Shown: piece after piece, positions 1-9,293 of the stretch
Position numbering within the stretch: the first letter of the stretch is position 1
How the letters are laid out: each line of letters opens with the position of its first letter
NCBI GenBank assembly: GCA_965198005.1
Contig: CBDAOI010000003.1
Location: 608,001 to 672,000, forward strand
DNA: 64,000 nucleotides
Direction: 5' to 3'
Source of the DNA: Spirochaetia bacterium
GTDB taxonomy: Bacteria; Spirochaetota; Spirochaetia; SZUA-6; Bin103
Position numbers and translations under genes: made by a program
Notes under the pieces: model-generated
Told to the model about the DNA's origin: nothing
The model's input: only the letters and a program-made list of their open reading frames with translations
Databases searched by the model: none

Positions 1-73
1 AGGACGGCTTGGACGGTGGATTGCATATGAGGCAATCGGCTGGTGTAACTGCCGTCGTGGAAAAGGACACCAG

Positions 74-2434
74 ATGACCAACAGCGACATCCCGGTAAAG
101 ACCATCGACGGTCGTGCCCGCACTGTCCGCGAGTTGCTAGACAAAGCGAAGTACGCAATTGACTTCTATCAGCGCGAGTACGCTTGGCACGAGCGACAAG
201 TCCGCGAACTAATCGACGATCTGACGGGAAAGTTTCTTGATTCCTACCAGCCGGGACATTCCCGGCACGAGGTGGAAGGCTACGGCCACTACTTTCTCGG
301 CTCAATCGTAATCAGTCACAAGCGCGGCCAGCGCTTCATCGTAGATGGGCAGCAGCGGCTCACGACCTTGACGCTGCTCTTGGTACACCTTCACCAGCTG
401 CAAGAAGATCGGGACGAGAGAGTCGAGGTTCAGAGCCTAATCTACTCCGAGAAGTTTGGACGCAAGAGCTTCAACCTCGACGTTATAGATCGCGCTGAGA
501 TTATGCAAAAGTTGATGGATGGCAAGGCGGTGAACCCTAACGGCAAGAGTGAGTCAGTCCAGAACATCAGCGCACGATACGCGAACATTGCAGACCATCT
601 GCCCGAGGAGGTTACCGGTCGAGCGCTCCCCTTTTTCGTGGACTGGCTGCTTGAGAATGTTCATCTGGTCGAGATAAAAGCCTATTCCGACGAAGACGCT
701 TACACGATCTTCGAGACCATGAATGACCGAGGACTAACTCTCAGCCTACCGGAGATGCTAAAGGGCTACGTCCTGGCCAACGTGCGCCACGAGGACGATC
801 AGCGGACAATCAACACGTCTTGGAAGCGGCATATGCAAGCGTTGAAGGAGCTTGGCGAAGAAGAAGACGTGGACTTCTTCAAGAACTGGCTCCGAGCTCG
901 TCACGCCGAGACGATCCGTCCAGGGCTGAAGGGCGCCGAGAACAAGGACTTTGAGCGCATCGGAACGGAATTCCATCGGTGGGTGAGGGATCAGAAGGAG
1001 CATCTTGGGCTCGTAGACTCCGATTCCTTCGTGCGCTTCGTCTCACGCGATTTGGACTTCTACGCGTGCTGGGCTCGGGAAATCGGGAGGGCGGCGCGAA
1101 CGCTCATCAAGGGTTGGGAGTCAGTTCGCTATAACGAAGACCGCGGCTTCACCTTGCAGACGCAGGCGCTCTTCGCGTCTCTCCGGCCTGATGACAGTTC
1201 GGAGGATATTAAAAGGAAGGTTGCACTTGTAGCTGATTTCCTGGATATCTGGCTCGCTCGTCGGGTTTGGAACTTTCGGACGATCAGTTATTCTTCGGTC
1301 AAGTACACACTATTTATCCTGAGTAAAGAATTGCGAGCCCGGAGCGTAGCAAGTCTCGCTGAGTATCTGTTATCGCAACTGGACGAGCAACCGGAACGGT
1401 TCGCACGGGAGCCGCGGTTCAGGCTCCATAACCAGAACTACCGGCAGGTTCGTCACATTCTGGCCCGTCTTACTCACTGGCTCGACACGGAGTGCGGACT
1501 CTCATCCGACTTCGAAGACCTCGTTTCTCAGGGCCGCGCGCGACCTTTCGAAGTTGAACACATTTGGGCTGACCACTACGACCGCTTCAAGGAGTGGTAT
1601 GCCCATCCCAGCGACTTTGAAACGGAGCGCAGTCGTTTGGGTGGCTTGGTCTTGCTCCAGCGCGGCGTGAACCAGAGCCTGGGAGACGCAACGTATGAGA
1701 AGAAACGAGACGCGTACGTGTCGAACAGTGAGAACTTACTTGCTCGAAGCCTCCATCCTCTCGCATACCAAAACAACCCGAGTTTTAGGGCACTAGTGGA
1801 GCGGACAGGTTTGCCCTTCAGGCACTACGACGAGTTCGGGCCGGAAGCGCAGTCTGAGAGACAGGAGTTGTACATAAGGCTTGCGGAATGGGTGTGGAAC
1901 CCGACCCGCCTTGAGCTTGATGGCGAGAAACCTCCGATCCCCGAGCCCATTGCCGACCCGGAAGAAGAGGCTGACGGGATCGTAGATCGACCGGACCGAT
2001 ACGAAGCGAGGATAGCCTTTTGGAGACGGCTGCTGGCCTACGCTAATGAGCAGTCCGACCTTCATTCGCGGATTTCCGCTAGCCGGTATCATTGGCTTGG
2101 GACACGTCGACACGGTCAATGGTGGAACTACGTCGTCCTCCAAGATGAAACTCGGGTTGAGCTGTATATCGACGCTCCCGTCGCAGCAGACAACAAGGCG
2201 CTGTACGACAAGCTCCACAAGCAACGTGCTTCGGTCGAGAAAGACTTTGGCGGGTCTCTATCCTGGCAGCGTCTTGACGACAAACGTGCAAGCCGCATTA
2301 GTTTCACAACATCTGGCGGATGGGTGGATGACCGCACGTGGTCCTCCGCCGTAGAACACAGCGTCAAGGCGATGCAGAGGCTCTATGGCGCGCTCTCTCA
2401 ACAGGTAGTCGCTGAGACAGAACTGCGCCAGTAA
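74..2434 (+). CDS. DUF262 + DUF1524(HNH) + DUF4268 protein, GmrSD/type IV restriction-like
   Basis: YQREYAW, IVDGQQRLTT and IFETMNDRG (DUF262); VEHIW..D..GGLVLL..N (HNH-like DUF1524); C-terminal FWRRLL..LYID..LSWQRLDDKRASRI resembles DUF4268. Confidence 0.85.
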   Translation: MTNSDIPVKTIDGRARTVRELLDKAKYAIDFYQREYAWHERQVRELIDDLTGKFLDSYQPGHSRHEVEGYGHYFLGSIVISHKRGQRFIVDGQQRLTTLTLLLVHLHQLQEDRDERVEVQSLIYSEKFGRKSFNLDVIDRAEIMQKLMDGKAVNPNGKSESVQNISARYANIADHLPEEVTGRALPFFVDWLLENVHLVEIKAYSDEDAYTIFETMNDRGLTLSLPEMLKGYVLANVRHEDDQRTINTSWKRHMQALKELGEEEDVDFFKNWLRARHAETIRPGLKGAENKDFERIGTEFHRWVRDQKEHLGLVDSDSFVRFVSRDLDFYACWAREIGRAARTLIKGWESVRYNEDRGFTLQTQALFASLRPDDSSEDIKRKVALVADFLDIWLARRVWNFRTISYSSVKYTLFILSKELRARSVASLAEYLLSQLDEQPERFAREPRFRLHNQNYRQVRHILARLTHWLDTECGLSSDFEDLVSQGRARPFEVEHIWADHYDRFKEWYAHPSDFETERSRLGGLVLLQRGVNQSLGDATYEKKRDAYVSNSENLLARSLHPLAYQNNPSFRALVERTGLPFRHYDEFGPEAQSERQELYIRLAEWVWNPTRLELDGEKPPIPEPIADPEEEADGIVDRPDRYEARIAFWRRLLAYANEQSDLHSRISASRYHWLGTRRHGQWWNYVVLQDETRVELYIDAPVAADNKALYDKLHKQRASVEKDFGGSLSWQRLDDKRASRISFTTSGGWVDDRTWSSAVEHSVKAMQRLYGALSQQVVAETELRQ

Positions 2435-2459
2435 CGGTAGCGCGCCGAGGTGTCCTGGG

Positions 2460-2522
2460 ATCGGAAGCCGAGATCTGGAAGCTGTACGTACTTCTGGCGC
2501 GCATCGAACGGTCGTTTCGCCG
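2460..2522 (+). pseudogene. Short scrap resembling an IS1634-family transposase
   Basis: Translates as SEAEIWKLYVLLARIERSFR, similar to the W..Y..L..IE..FR catalytic-E region of IS1634 transposases; no start or stop. Confidence 0.5.
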
Positions 2523-2563
2523 CACCACGTCGGGGCCGGCGCGGGGGCGACGCCCCGCAGCTT

Positions 2564-2625
2564 CCCGCACGTGCTGATCGTGATGCTCGACCAGCTGCGG
2601 GCGGACTCGCTCGGCTGCGCCGGCC
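2564..2625 (+). pseudogene. Sulfatase N-terminal remnant
   Basis: PHVLIVMLDQLRADSLGCAG is the typical sulfatase N-terminal motif; it stops where the Uma2 repeat begins. Confidence 0.65.
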
Positions 2626-3614
2626 AGCCTCGCAACGCCCGTGTTGTGGGGTTACGAAATCACCAGCGGATTGCGCCGGGCGCAGTGGCACAAGCTCATC
2701 ACCCACTCTCAGCCGCTCACCCCTGCTCCGGGTCGATGCCCGATCGGCGCAGCAAGGCCGCCAAGCGTTCGGCACGCTGCCGTTCCTCCACCATCAGGTG
2801 CTCCGCGCGCTCGGCACGCTCCTTGCCCATCGGTATCAACACGTCATGCTCGTCCATCCAGCGCAACCACCCGCTCCACCACACGCCCTCGAACTCCCCC
2901 TCCCACAGCCTCAGTCCCAGCCGTAGCTCCGGGAACCGCGGCGACTCCTGCCTTGCGTAGCCCCGGTCGCTCAGCCGATACACGCGCAGATCCTCCCGCA
3001 TCACCCGATGAAACGGATCGTAGATCACGTAGTAGCCAACACCCATGCGCGCGTACCTGAGCCGCTTGCGCCCCAGCTCCTCGCCTTCCCGGTTCGACAC
3101 GATCTCCACCACCAGGTCCGGCGGCTTGCCGAACTCCCACACGAAATAGGAGCGGTGCCGCTTGTCCCACCAGTCGGCGGCCACCTGCACGTCCAGGCTC
3201 AGAAACACGTCCGGCACGATCGCCGGGTTGCGCGCCTCCGCGAACACGCCGACGTTGGCAGCCGCCAGAAACCTGCGCCCGGCGCCCGGTCCGGCCCACG
3301 AGCTGTACAGCGGTTCGGTGAGCAGGCGTTGCTGCTTCTCGGAAGGCATGTTGTCCACCGGCGTATCATCCTCGGTCACCAGAGCTTCGACGTCGACGCT
3401 CAGCTGCGGCGCCGCCGGCGCCGCAGCAACCCCTGTTGCCTGGACCGCGGCGGCACGCGGCACGCTCGAGGCCGGCCTCGTGAGCACTCTGCCCGGCGGG
3501 GCAGGCTCCGCTCCGGGGGCACTGGATTGCGGGTCAAGCGCGGAATGCCCGCGGTCGGGGGTGGTCGGCTCCATGCGCTCGCCAGTATACGCCGAGCAAG
3601 CAGGACCTGCCACT
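2622..3614. repeat. Copy 1 of a ~1 kb direct repeat (Uma2 unit)
   Basis: Near-identical to 4808-5794 from ggccagcctcgcaacg to caggacctgccact; roughly 15 substitutions and 2 indels by eye. Confidence 0.95.
2717..3574 (-). CDS. Uma2/DUF820 family PD-(D/E)XK endonuclease
   Basis: IVPDVFLSLDV, PPDLVVEIVS, K..RYA..GVGYYVIYDP and a C-terminal ERAERAE coiled coil; start chosen at MEPTT. Confidence 0.85.
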   Translation of the reverse strand: MEPTTPDRGHSALDPQSSAPGAEPAPPGRVLTRPASSVPRAAAVQATGVAAAPAAPQLSVDVEALVTEDDTPVDNMPSEKQQRLLTEPLYSSWAGPGAGRRFLAAANVGVFAEARNPAIVPDVFLSLDVQVAADWWDKRHRSYFVWEFGKPPDLVVEIVSNREGEELGRKRLRYARMGVGYYVIYDPFHRVMREDLRVYRLSDRGYARQESPRFPELRLGLRLWEGEFEGVWWSGWLRWMDEHDVLIPMGKERAERAEHLMVEERQRAERLAALLRRSGIDPEQG

Positions 3615-3623
3615 GCGCGACTG

Positions 3624-3695
3624 CCTGTTCGTCAACTTGCTCAGTCCGCACGACCCCTGGGACGCGCCCGGCCGCTACGCAACCATCTACGCCCC
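3624..3695 (+). pseudogene. Sulfatase internal remnant
   Basis: LFVNLLSPHDPWDAPGRYATIY resembles the sulfatase PHxPwxxP motif. Confidence 0.5.
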
Positions 3696-3968
3696 GGCGA
3701 CTTCGTCGTCGCCGATCCCGTTTCCGCAGCGGCCTCGAACGCGCCATCACGATCACCCGTCTCGGACAAGCCGCGACCGACAACGGCTTCGCCCTTGATC
3801 TGGAGCGTACGGCCGATTGGCTCTCCTTCGGCAGCCGGTCGCCCTGACTATTGGCGTTTGTTTGGGGGGCGATGGTCTCGGTGCCGGCGCCGGCACCGGC
3901 GGGGCGGCTCAATTGAGCCCCCGTTGGTGCGCTTGATAGGGGCGCCGGGGGCGGCGTATCGTGGACCC

Positions 3969-4766
3969 ATGAGCAAGCTGTTCGATCTGGCCGGTAAGGT
4001 GGCGATCGTCACCGGCGGCAATGGCGGCATCGGGCGCGCGATTGCGGTCGGTCTGGCGCAGCATGGCGCGGACCTCGTGGTGGCGGCGCGCAACGAGCGG
4101 AAGACGGCCGCCGTAGTGGATGAAATCCGGGAGCTGGGGCGGCGCGCCGTCGGCGTGCGCTGCGACGTGCTGGAGCGCGCCGACATCGACCGCACCGTGG
4201 ACACCGCGGTGCGCGAACTGGGCGGGGTCAACATCCTGGTCAACAACTCGGGGGTCGGTCACGGCGGTCAGCCGACCCAGGCCGTGGCGCTGGAGACCTG
4301 GGACCGGGTGGTCGCCACCAACCTGACCTCGGTGTTCCAGTTCTGTCAGGCCGTCCACCCGGCGCTGGTGCAGGCCGGCGGCGGCAAGATCATCAACGTC
4401 GGGTCCGGCTACTCGCTGGTGAGCGCCGCCGGCAACGCGCCCTACGCCGCCAGCAAGGCGGGCGTGTGGAACCTGACGCGGACGATGGCGCTGGACTGGG
4501 CCGGCGACAACATCCAGGTGAACCTGATTGCACCCGGCTGGATCCGCACCGAGATGACCGACCCGGTCTGGGAGGACCGGGAGCGGACGGCGTACATCAT
4601 CGACGAGACTCCGGCCGGCCGGCTCGGCGAACCGGAGGACATGGCCGGCGCCGCCATATTTCTGGCCTCCCCGGCGTCCGACTTCGTCACCGGCACCTTC
4701 ATCAACGCCGACGGCGGCATGAAGGCCGGCGACAAGGCCTGGCCGCGCCCGCAGCCCGGCGGCTGA
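3969..4766 (+). CDS. SDR oxidoreductase (KduD/gluconate 5-dehydrogenase-like)
   Basis: TGGNGGIG, LVNNSG, YAASK, VNLIAPG, DFVTG..DGG. Confidence 0.9.
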   Translation: MSKLFDLAGKVAIVTGGNGGIGRAIAVGLAQHGADLVVAARNERKTAAVVDEIRELGRRAVGVRCDVLERADIDRTVDTAVRELGGVNILVNNSGVGHGGQPTQAVALETWDRVVATNLTSVFQFCQAVHPALVQAGGGKIINVGSGYSLVSAAGNAPYAASKAGVWNLTRTMALDWAGDNIQVNLIAPGWIRTEMTDPVWEDRERTAYIIDETPAGRLGEPEDMAGAAIFLASPASDFVTGTFINADGGMKAGDKAWPRPQPGG

Positions 4767-4807
4767 CGGTGAACGGTCCGCGCCGCAGCGTGGACCGGGG
4801 CGCAACG

Positions 4808-5794
4808 GGCCAGCCTCGCAACGCCCGTGTTGTGGGGTTACGAAATCACCAGCGGATTGCGCCGGGCGCAGTCGCTCACCCCTGCTCCGGGTCGATGCCC
4901 GATCGGCGCAGCAAGGCCGCCAAGCGTTCGGCACGCTGCCGTTCCTGCTCGGCGCGCCGGCGTTCCTCCACCATCAGGTGCTCCGCGCGCTCGGCACGCT
5001 CCTTGCCCATCGGTATCAACACGTCATGCTCGTCCATCCAGCGCAACCACCCGCTCCACCACACGCCCTCGAACTCCCCCTCCCACAGCCTCAGTCCCAG
5101 CCGTAGCTCCGGGAACCGCGGCGACTCCTGCCTTGCGTAGGCCCGGTCGCTCAGCCGATACACGCGCAGATCCTCCCGCATCACCCGATGAAACGGATCG
5201 TAGATCACGTAGTAGCCAACACCCATGCGCGCGTACCTGAGCCGCTTGCTCCCCACCTCGTTGCCTTCCCGGTTCGACACGATCTCCACCACCAGGTCCG
5301 GCGGCTTGCCGAACTCCCACACGAAGTAGGAGCGGTGCCGCTTGTCCCACCAGTCGGCGGCCACCTGCACGTCCAGGCTCAGAAACACGTCCGGCACGAT
5401 CGCCGGGTTGCGCGCCTCCGCGAACACGCCGACGTTGGCAGCCGCCAGAAACCTGCGCCCGGCACCCGGTCCGGCCCACGAGCTGTACAGCGGCTCGGTG
5501 AGCAGGCGTTGCTGCTTCTCGGAAGGCATGTTGTCCACCGGCGTATCATCCTCGGTCACCAGAGCTTCGACGTCGACGCTCACCTGCGGCGCCGCCGGCG
5601 CCGCAGCAACCCCTGCTGCCTGGACCGCGGCGGCACGCGGCACGCTCGAGGCCGGCCTCGTGAGCACCCTGCCCGGCAGGGCAGGCTCCGCTCCGGGGGC
5701 GCTGGATTGCGGGTCAAGCGCGGAATGCCCGCGGTCGGGGGTGGTCGGCTCCATGCGCTCGCCAGTATACGCCGAGCAAGCAGGACCTGCCACT
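4808..5794. repeat. Copy 2 of the ~1 kb direct repeat (Uma2 unit)
   Basis: Near-identical to 2622-3614. Confidence 0.95.
4876..5754 (-). CDS. Uma2/DUF820 family endonuclease, paralog 2
   Basis: Same motifs as copy 1; one extra 7-aa heptad (ERRRAEQ) and REGNEVGSK instead of REGEELGRK. Confidence 0.85.
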   Translation of the reverse strand: MEPTTPDRGHSALDPQSSAPGAEPALPGRVLTRPASSVPRAAAVQAAGVAAAPAAPQVSVDVEALVTEDDTPVDNMPSEKQQRLLTEPLYSSWAGPGAGRRFLAAANVGVFAEARNPAIVPDVFLSLDVQVAADWWDKRHRSYFVWEFGKPPDLVVEIVSNREGNEVGSKRLRYARMGVGYYVIYDPFHRVMREDLRVYRLSDRAYARQESPRFPELRLGLRLWEGEFEGVWWSGWLRWMDEHDVLIPMGKERAERAEHLMVEERRRAEQERQRAERLAALLRRSGIDPEQG

Positions 5795-5834
5795 TCGCAG
5801 CACGTGGCCGAAGTGGGCCGCATGTTTGTGCAGC

Positions 5835-6040
5835 ATGTGCAGCGGTGCGTTGCACGATTTCGCGCTCGGGCCAGGCCGCGGCGAAGGCGCGCATGTACTT
5901 GAGGTTGCGGGAGCGAGAATCCCCGCATGTCCGGGAATGCCTCCCGGAGGTCGTGCGAAATGCGGTCGAATGGTCCCGGCGCGCCCCAGCCCTCCCGCTG
6001 CTAGCGCTGCTTCAAGGACGACTACCCAATACAGGCGGCT
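5835..6040 (-). pseudogene. YhcG/DUF1016 N-terminal remnant, frameshifted
   Basis: DRISHDLREAFPDMRGFS / RNLKYMRAFAAAWPEREIVQR matches the DUF1016 N-terminus across a frameshift. Confidence 0.7.
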
Positions 6041-6063
6041 CACAGCCGCTGGCGGCGCTGGGC

Positions 6064-7653
6064 TCAGGGGGGAGCGAACGGCTGCCGGCCCAGCAGCTCG
6101 TCGACGGCCGGCTGGCCGGTGGGGTACAGCCGCTCGGGTACGGTGGCTCCCGCCTGCAGCAACCGGCGCACCACTGCGGCGTAGTCGCCGCCGGGGTTCC
6201 ACTGCCGGCGCACCGCGGTCTCGAGCGGAGTCCCCAACATCGGCGGCACGTCAAGCTCCAGGCGCGCGCCGTGGTCCAGCAGCGCCGCCGCCATGGCGGG
6301 ATTGCCGCGGCATGCCGCCCAGTGCAACGGCGTGGCCCCCATCCAGCCGGCGGCGTTGACGTCGAAGCCCGCCTCGGCCATGACGCGCACGCCGTCAGCG
6401 TTGTTCATCTGCGCCACGGGGCTCATCAGCGCGCGGTCGAGGCGATGCAGCCGCGCCACGGCGCGCGGCCGCTGCGCCAGCATGGCGCCCGCGCGCTCCC
6501 CGTCGCCGCGCGCGCAGGCCACGACCAGTTCGTCAGCCACGCGCCGCGCCGAGGGGCGGGCTCCGCGCCGCTCCAGCAGCTCCGCCACCTCGCTCTGCCC
6601 GAGCCGCACGGCGAGGTCGTGCGCGGTGCGGGCGCGCACTGCCGGATAGGCGGTCGTCCCCCGCCGCGTGCAGGCGTGTACGTCGGCGCCGTGATCCAGC
6701 AGCAGTTCGATCACCTCGGGACCGAAGCCGCGCTTGACCGCCCAGTGCAGGGCCGTCTCTCCCGATGCGGGGTGGCGATGGTCGGGGTCGGCGCCGCGCG
6801 CCAGGAACCAGCGCACGCTGTCGTCGTAGCGGTAGTCGATCACGTGCTTGAGGTTGTAGGAGAGGTCGTCCCGCTTGAGCCCGCGGGCGTGCAGCAGCTC
6901 CAGGCAGGCGGTATCGAAGTGCTCGCAGGCATGGTACAGCGATTCGCCGTCGTCCGGATCGGCGCCGGCGTCCAGCAGCAGCTCCGTCAGGGCCGCGTGG
7001 TTGGCCACGCCGCAGGCGCCGTACAGCGCGCTCTCGTTCACCTCGTCCTCGGGATTGCGCCAGCAGCAGTTGGGGTCGGCGCCGTGGTCCAGCAGCAGCC
7101 GGGCGGTGCGCAGCAGCCCGTCCGCACGGCCCGGGTCCCGCGCCAGAAACGCCGACCAGCAGACGTACAGCAGCGGCGACCACTGCCGCGCCCCGCCGCG
7201 GGTACGCGCCAGCTCCGGCCGCCGCGCGAGCCGGGCCGCTACCTCGTCCGCCGCGCCCAGCACGCAGGCCGCGTACAGGTCGGCCCGTGCCAGGTCGGGC
7301 TGGAGCGCCAGCAGGGCCTGCGCGCGCTGCCAGTCGCCCCACGCCCAACTGCACTCCAGAAAGGCGTCCACCCGCCGTTCCGGAGGCACGGCCGCCGCCT
7401 CCACCGCCACCCGCAACCGCGGCCAGTTGTCGAACCCGTGCTCGCGCGCGACCACGAACCGGGCATCTCCCAGCGTGGCGCCCGCGCCCGACCCGTCGAA
7501 CCGGTCGAACCGGGGATGCCGCCGGGCGAAGCGCCGGCGCGCTGCCTCGGCGCCGCTCCGGTACCCCGCCAGCAACTCCTGCGCCAGACGGTCCGCGTGC
7601 TCCGCCGACGGTAGGGACGGCAGGGACGGCAGGGCGTCGACGGAAGAGTTCAT
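6064..7653 (-). CDS. Ankyrin repeat protein
   Basis: Repeated LL..GADP, GETALHWA and GATPLHWAA motifs; N-terminal A.F.VAREHGF..WPRL domain. Confidence 0.88.
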   Translation of the reverse strand: MNSSVDALPSLPSLPSAEHADRLAQELLAGYRSGAEAARRRFARRHPRFDRFDGSGAGATLGDARFVVAREHGFDNWPRLRVAVEAAAVPPERRVDAFLECSWAWGDWQRAQALLALQPDLARADLYAACVLGAADEVAARLARRPELARTRGGARQWSPLLYVCWSAFLARDPGRADGLLRTARLLLDHGADPNCCWRNPEDEVNESALYGACGVANHAALTELLLDAGADPDDGESLYHACEHFDTACLELLHARGLKRDDLSYNLKHVIDYRYDDSVRWFLARGADPDHRHPASGETALHWAVKRGFGPEVIELLLDHGADVHACTRRGTTAYPAVRARTAHDLAVRLGQSEVAELLERRGARPSARRVADELVVACARGDGERAGAMLAQRPRAVARLHRLDRALMSPVAQMNNADGVRVMAEAGFDVNAAGWMGATPLHWAACRGNPAMAAALLDHGARLELDVPPMLGTPLETAVRRQWNPGGDYAAVVRRLLQAGATVPERLYPTGQPAVDELLGRQPFAPP

Positions 7654-7710
7654 CGCTACATTCCTTGGTGGGATAGAAACTCCTCGAGCGCTTCCACCCC
7701 GCTTGGCGGG

Positions 7711-7953
7711 CTATGCCCCAAGCCGCTTGCGGATCTCGGCGAGGGAGATCGTCTTCTGGTTGCGCCGCTGGGCGATCTCCTTCCAGAAGGACCGGCTGGT
7801 CTCGACCGCAACTGTCTCCCAGTCCGCTCCTTCCACGCCGACCACTACAGCGATGGGGTGCCCGTTTCGCGTAATCACAACTTGGTCGTTCTGAGCCGTC
7901 TCCATTACGGACCGAATCCGCTTCTGCAGGTCGCGCACACTGATCGTCTTCAT
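7711..7953 (-). CDS. Phd/YefM family antitoxin
   Basis: MKTISVRDLQ..VVITRNGHPIAVVV; overlaps the toxin stop. Confidence 0.85.
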   Translation of the reverse strand: MKTISVRDLQKRIRSVMETAQNDQVVITRNGHPIAVVVGVEGADWETVAVETSRSFWKEIAQRRNQKTISLAEIRKRLGA

Positions 7954-8249
7954 AGAATCTCCTCCGTCCGCTTGTCGGGCGGCTTCTCACGTACGGCGCG
8001 CACGTAGACTTCTTTCCGGTCTTCGTCGACGTCGTACAACACTCGATAGGCTCCAACGCGTAGTTCCCAGATGGGTGGATTCGCCTCCCATGCGGGCGTC
8101 AAGTCGACGAGGATCTTGCGGTTCTGCGTCGACACGGTCGGCTGGTGCGACAACTGGATTTCGATCGAGTCCAGGATCCGCCTCCGGTCGTGGACGCGGA
8201 CTCTCTTCAGGTCGTCCCCCACGTCCGTGGCGAATCGGAGCTCAGACAC
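7950..8249 (-). CDS. RelE/ParE family toxin
   Basis: WELRVGAYRVLYDVDE..VYVRAV; GTG start inferred. Confidence 0.82.
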   Translation of the reverse strand: MSELRFATDVGDDLKRVRVHDRRRILDSIEIQLSHQPTVSTQNRKILVDLTPAWEANPPIWELRVGAYRVLYDVDEDRKEVYVRAVREKPPDKRTEEIL

Positions 8250-8259
8250 GCATATATCA

Positions 8260-8271
8260 TTGCATATGCAA
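8260..8271. promoter_or_regulatory. Palindromic putative TA operator TTGCATATGCAA
   Basis: Perfect 12-bp palindrome about 10 bp upstream of the RelE start. Confidence 0.5.
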
Positions 8272-8462
8272 GCATGCGCAGTCAACGCGTCGTGGAGCCA
8301 ACGGGGCTAAGGAGGCCGCGGATCAGCCGGCCGACAGCGTGGCGAGGCCCCCTCGGGCCACGCGGTCCCTGGACACGACCACCACTGCCGCTCCGGCCGC
8401 CCCGCGTGATAGGATGACCATACGAGTCATCGACCGGATTTGCGCCAACCGCGGAGGGAAGG

Positions 8463-8666
8463 GTGGAGATAGCGGCACGTTGCTTCGTAGTAGATGAGAA
8501 TGGGAAAACGACGGCTGTAATGCTACCGATCGAGGAATACGAGCGGCTATTGGCAGACTTGGAGGACTTGGCGGTTATCGCTCAGCGACGAAACGAACCA
8601 ACGGAGTCGCTCGCTACGGTGATGGAGCGACTGGAAAGGAAGTGGCAGGGAGAACAGTCGAGGTAA
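8463..8666 (+). CDS. Orphan small antitoxin-like protein (Phd-like)
   Basis: FVVDENGKTTAVMLPIEEYERLL.DLEDL pattern; GGAGG upstream; no toxin follows. Confidence 0.65.
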   Translation: MEIAARCFVVDENGKTTAVMLPIEEYERLLADLEDLAVIAQRRNEPTESLATVMERLERKWQGEQSR

Positions 8667-8733
8667 CCCGATTCGGCCAACAAAGACCTCGAGTCGTACG
8701 CGCACTCGGAGCACTCGCATCCGATCCCAAACG

Positions 8734-8877
8734 ATGACTGACCACGACCGCACCCCCGAGCAGCAGGCGCGCGCCGCCATCGACACCAAGCTGGATCAGG
8801 CGGGATGGCGCGTGCAGTCGATGCGGCAGATCGACTTCGGCGCCGGCACGGGCGTCGCGGTCCGCGAGTATCCGACG
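8734..8877 (+). pseudogene. hsdR: Type I restriction HsdR N-terminal remnant
   Basis: MTDHDRTPEQQARAAIDTKLDQAGWRVQ..GVAVREYPT. Confidence 0.7.
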
Positions 8878-9293
8878 CTTGGCGTCGGCGTGCTTGAGGA
8901 GGCGTAGACCGCGGTGATGGCGGTGAAGGTCTTGCCGGAGCCGGTGGCCATCTGGATGAGGGCGCGCGGGCGGTCAGCCTTGAACGACGCCTCCAGATCT
9001 TCGATGGCCCCGATCTGGCATTGGCGCAGTCCCGTCGGGTCCGGAGGTGGAATCCGGTGCAGCCGTTTGCGGAGCGGATCGGGCTGGGCGCCCCACTCCT
9101 GCATGGTCTGCGGCCGCGGGAAGCTGAACACCTCCCGCGAGCGCGGCACCGGATCGTGGCGGTCCGTAAAGCGCGTCACCACGCCGGTGCTCTCGTATAC
9201 GAGGGGCAGCGGCTCGCGATTGTTCACCCACTTGAGTGTCGCCGTGGCGTAGGCAACTGATTGTTCCTCTACCGCCGTGATCTTGTGCCCCCA
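8875..9293 (-). pseudogene. hsdR: HsdR internal remnant, inverted relative to the N-terminal piece
   Basis: VEEQS.AYA, PLPLVYESTG..TRFT..DP.PRSR and RALIQMATGSGKTFTA (helicase motif I); 1-nt frameshift before RLLKHADAK. Confidence 0.75.

Noticed and set aside
2717-5754. Uma2 pair as a DGR template/variable repeat
   Set aside because: Differences are not adenine-specific, both copies are full ORFs, and there is no reverse transcriptase in the window
5188-7614. 808-aa plus-strand ORF, and similar long ORFs at 15838-18114, 18105-20057, 24943-27282, 26138-28129, 36541-38505, 43634-46126 and 59313-61577
   Set aside because: Antisense or shadow frames of well-supported genes in high-GC DNA; Arg/Ala/Gly-rich with no motifs
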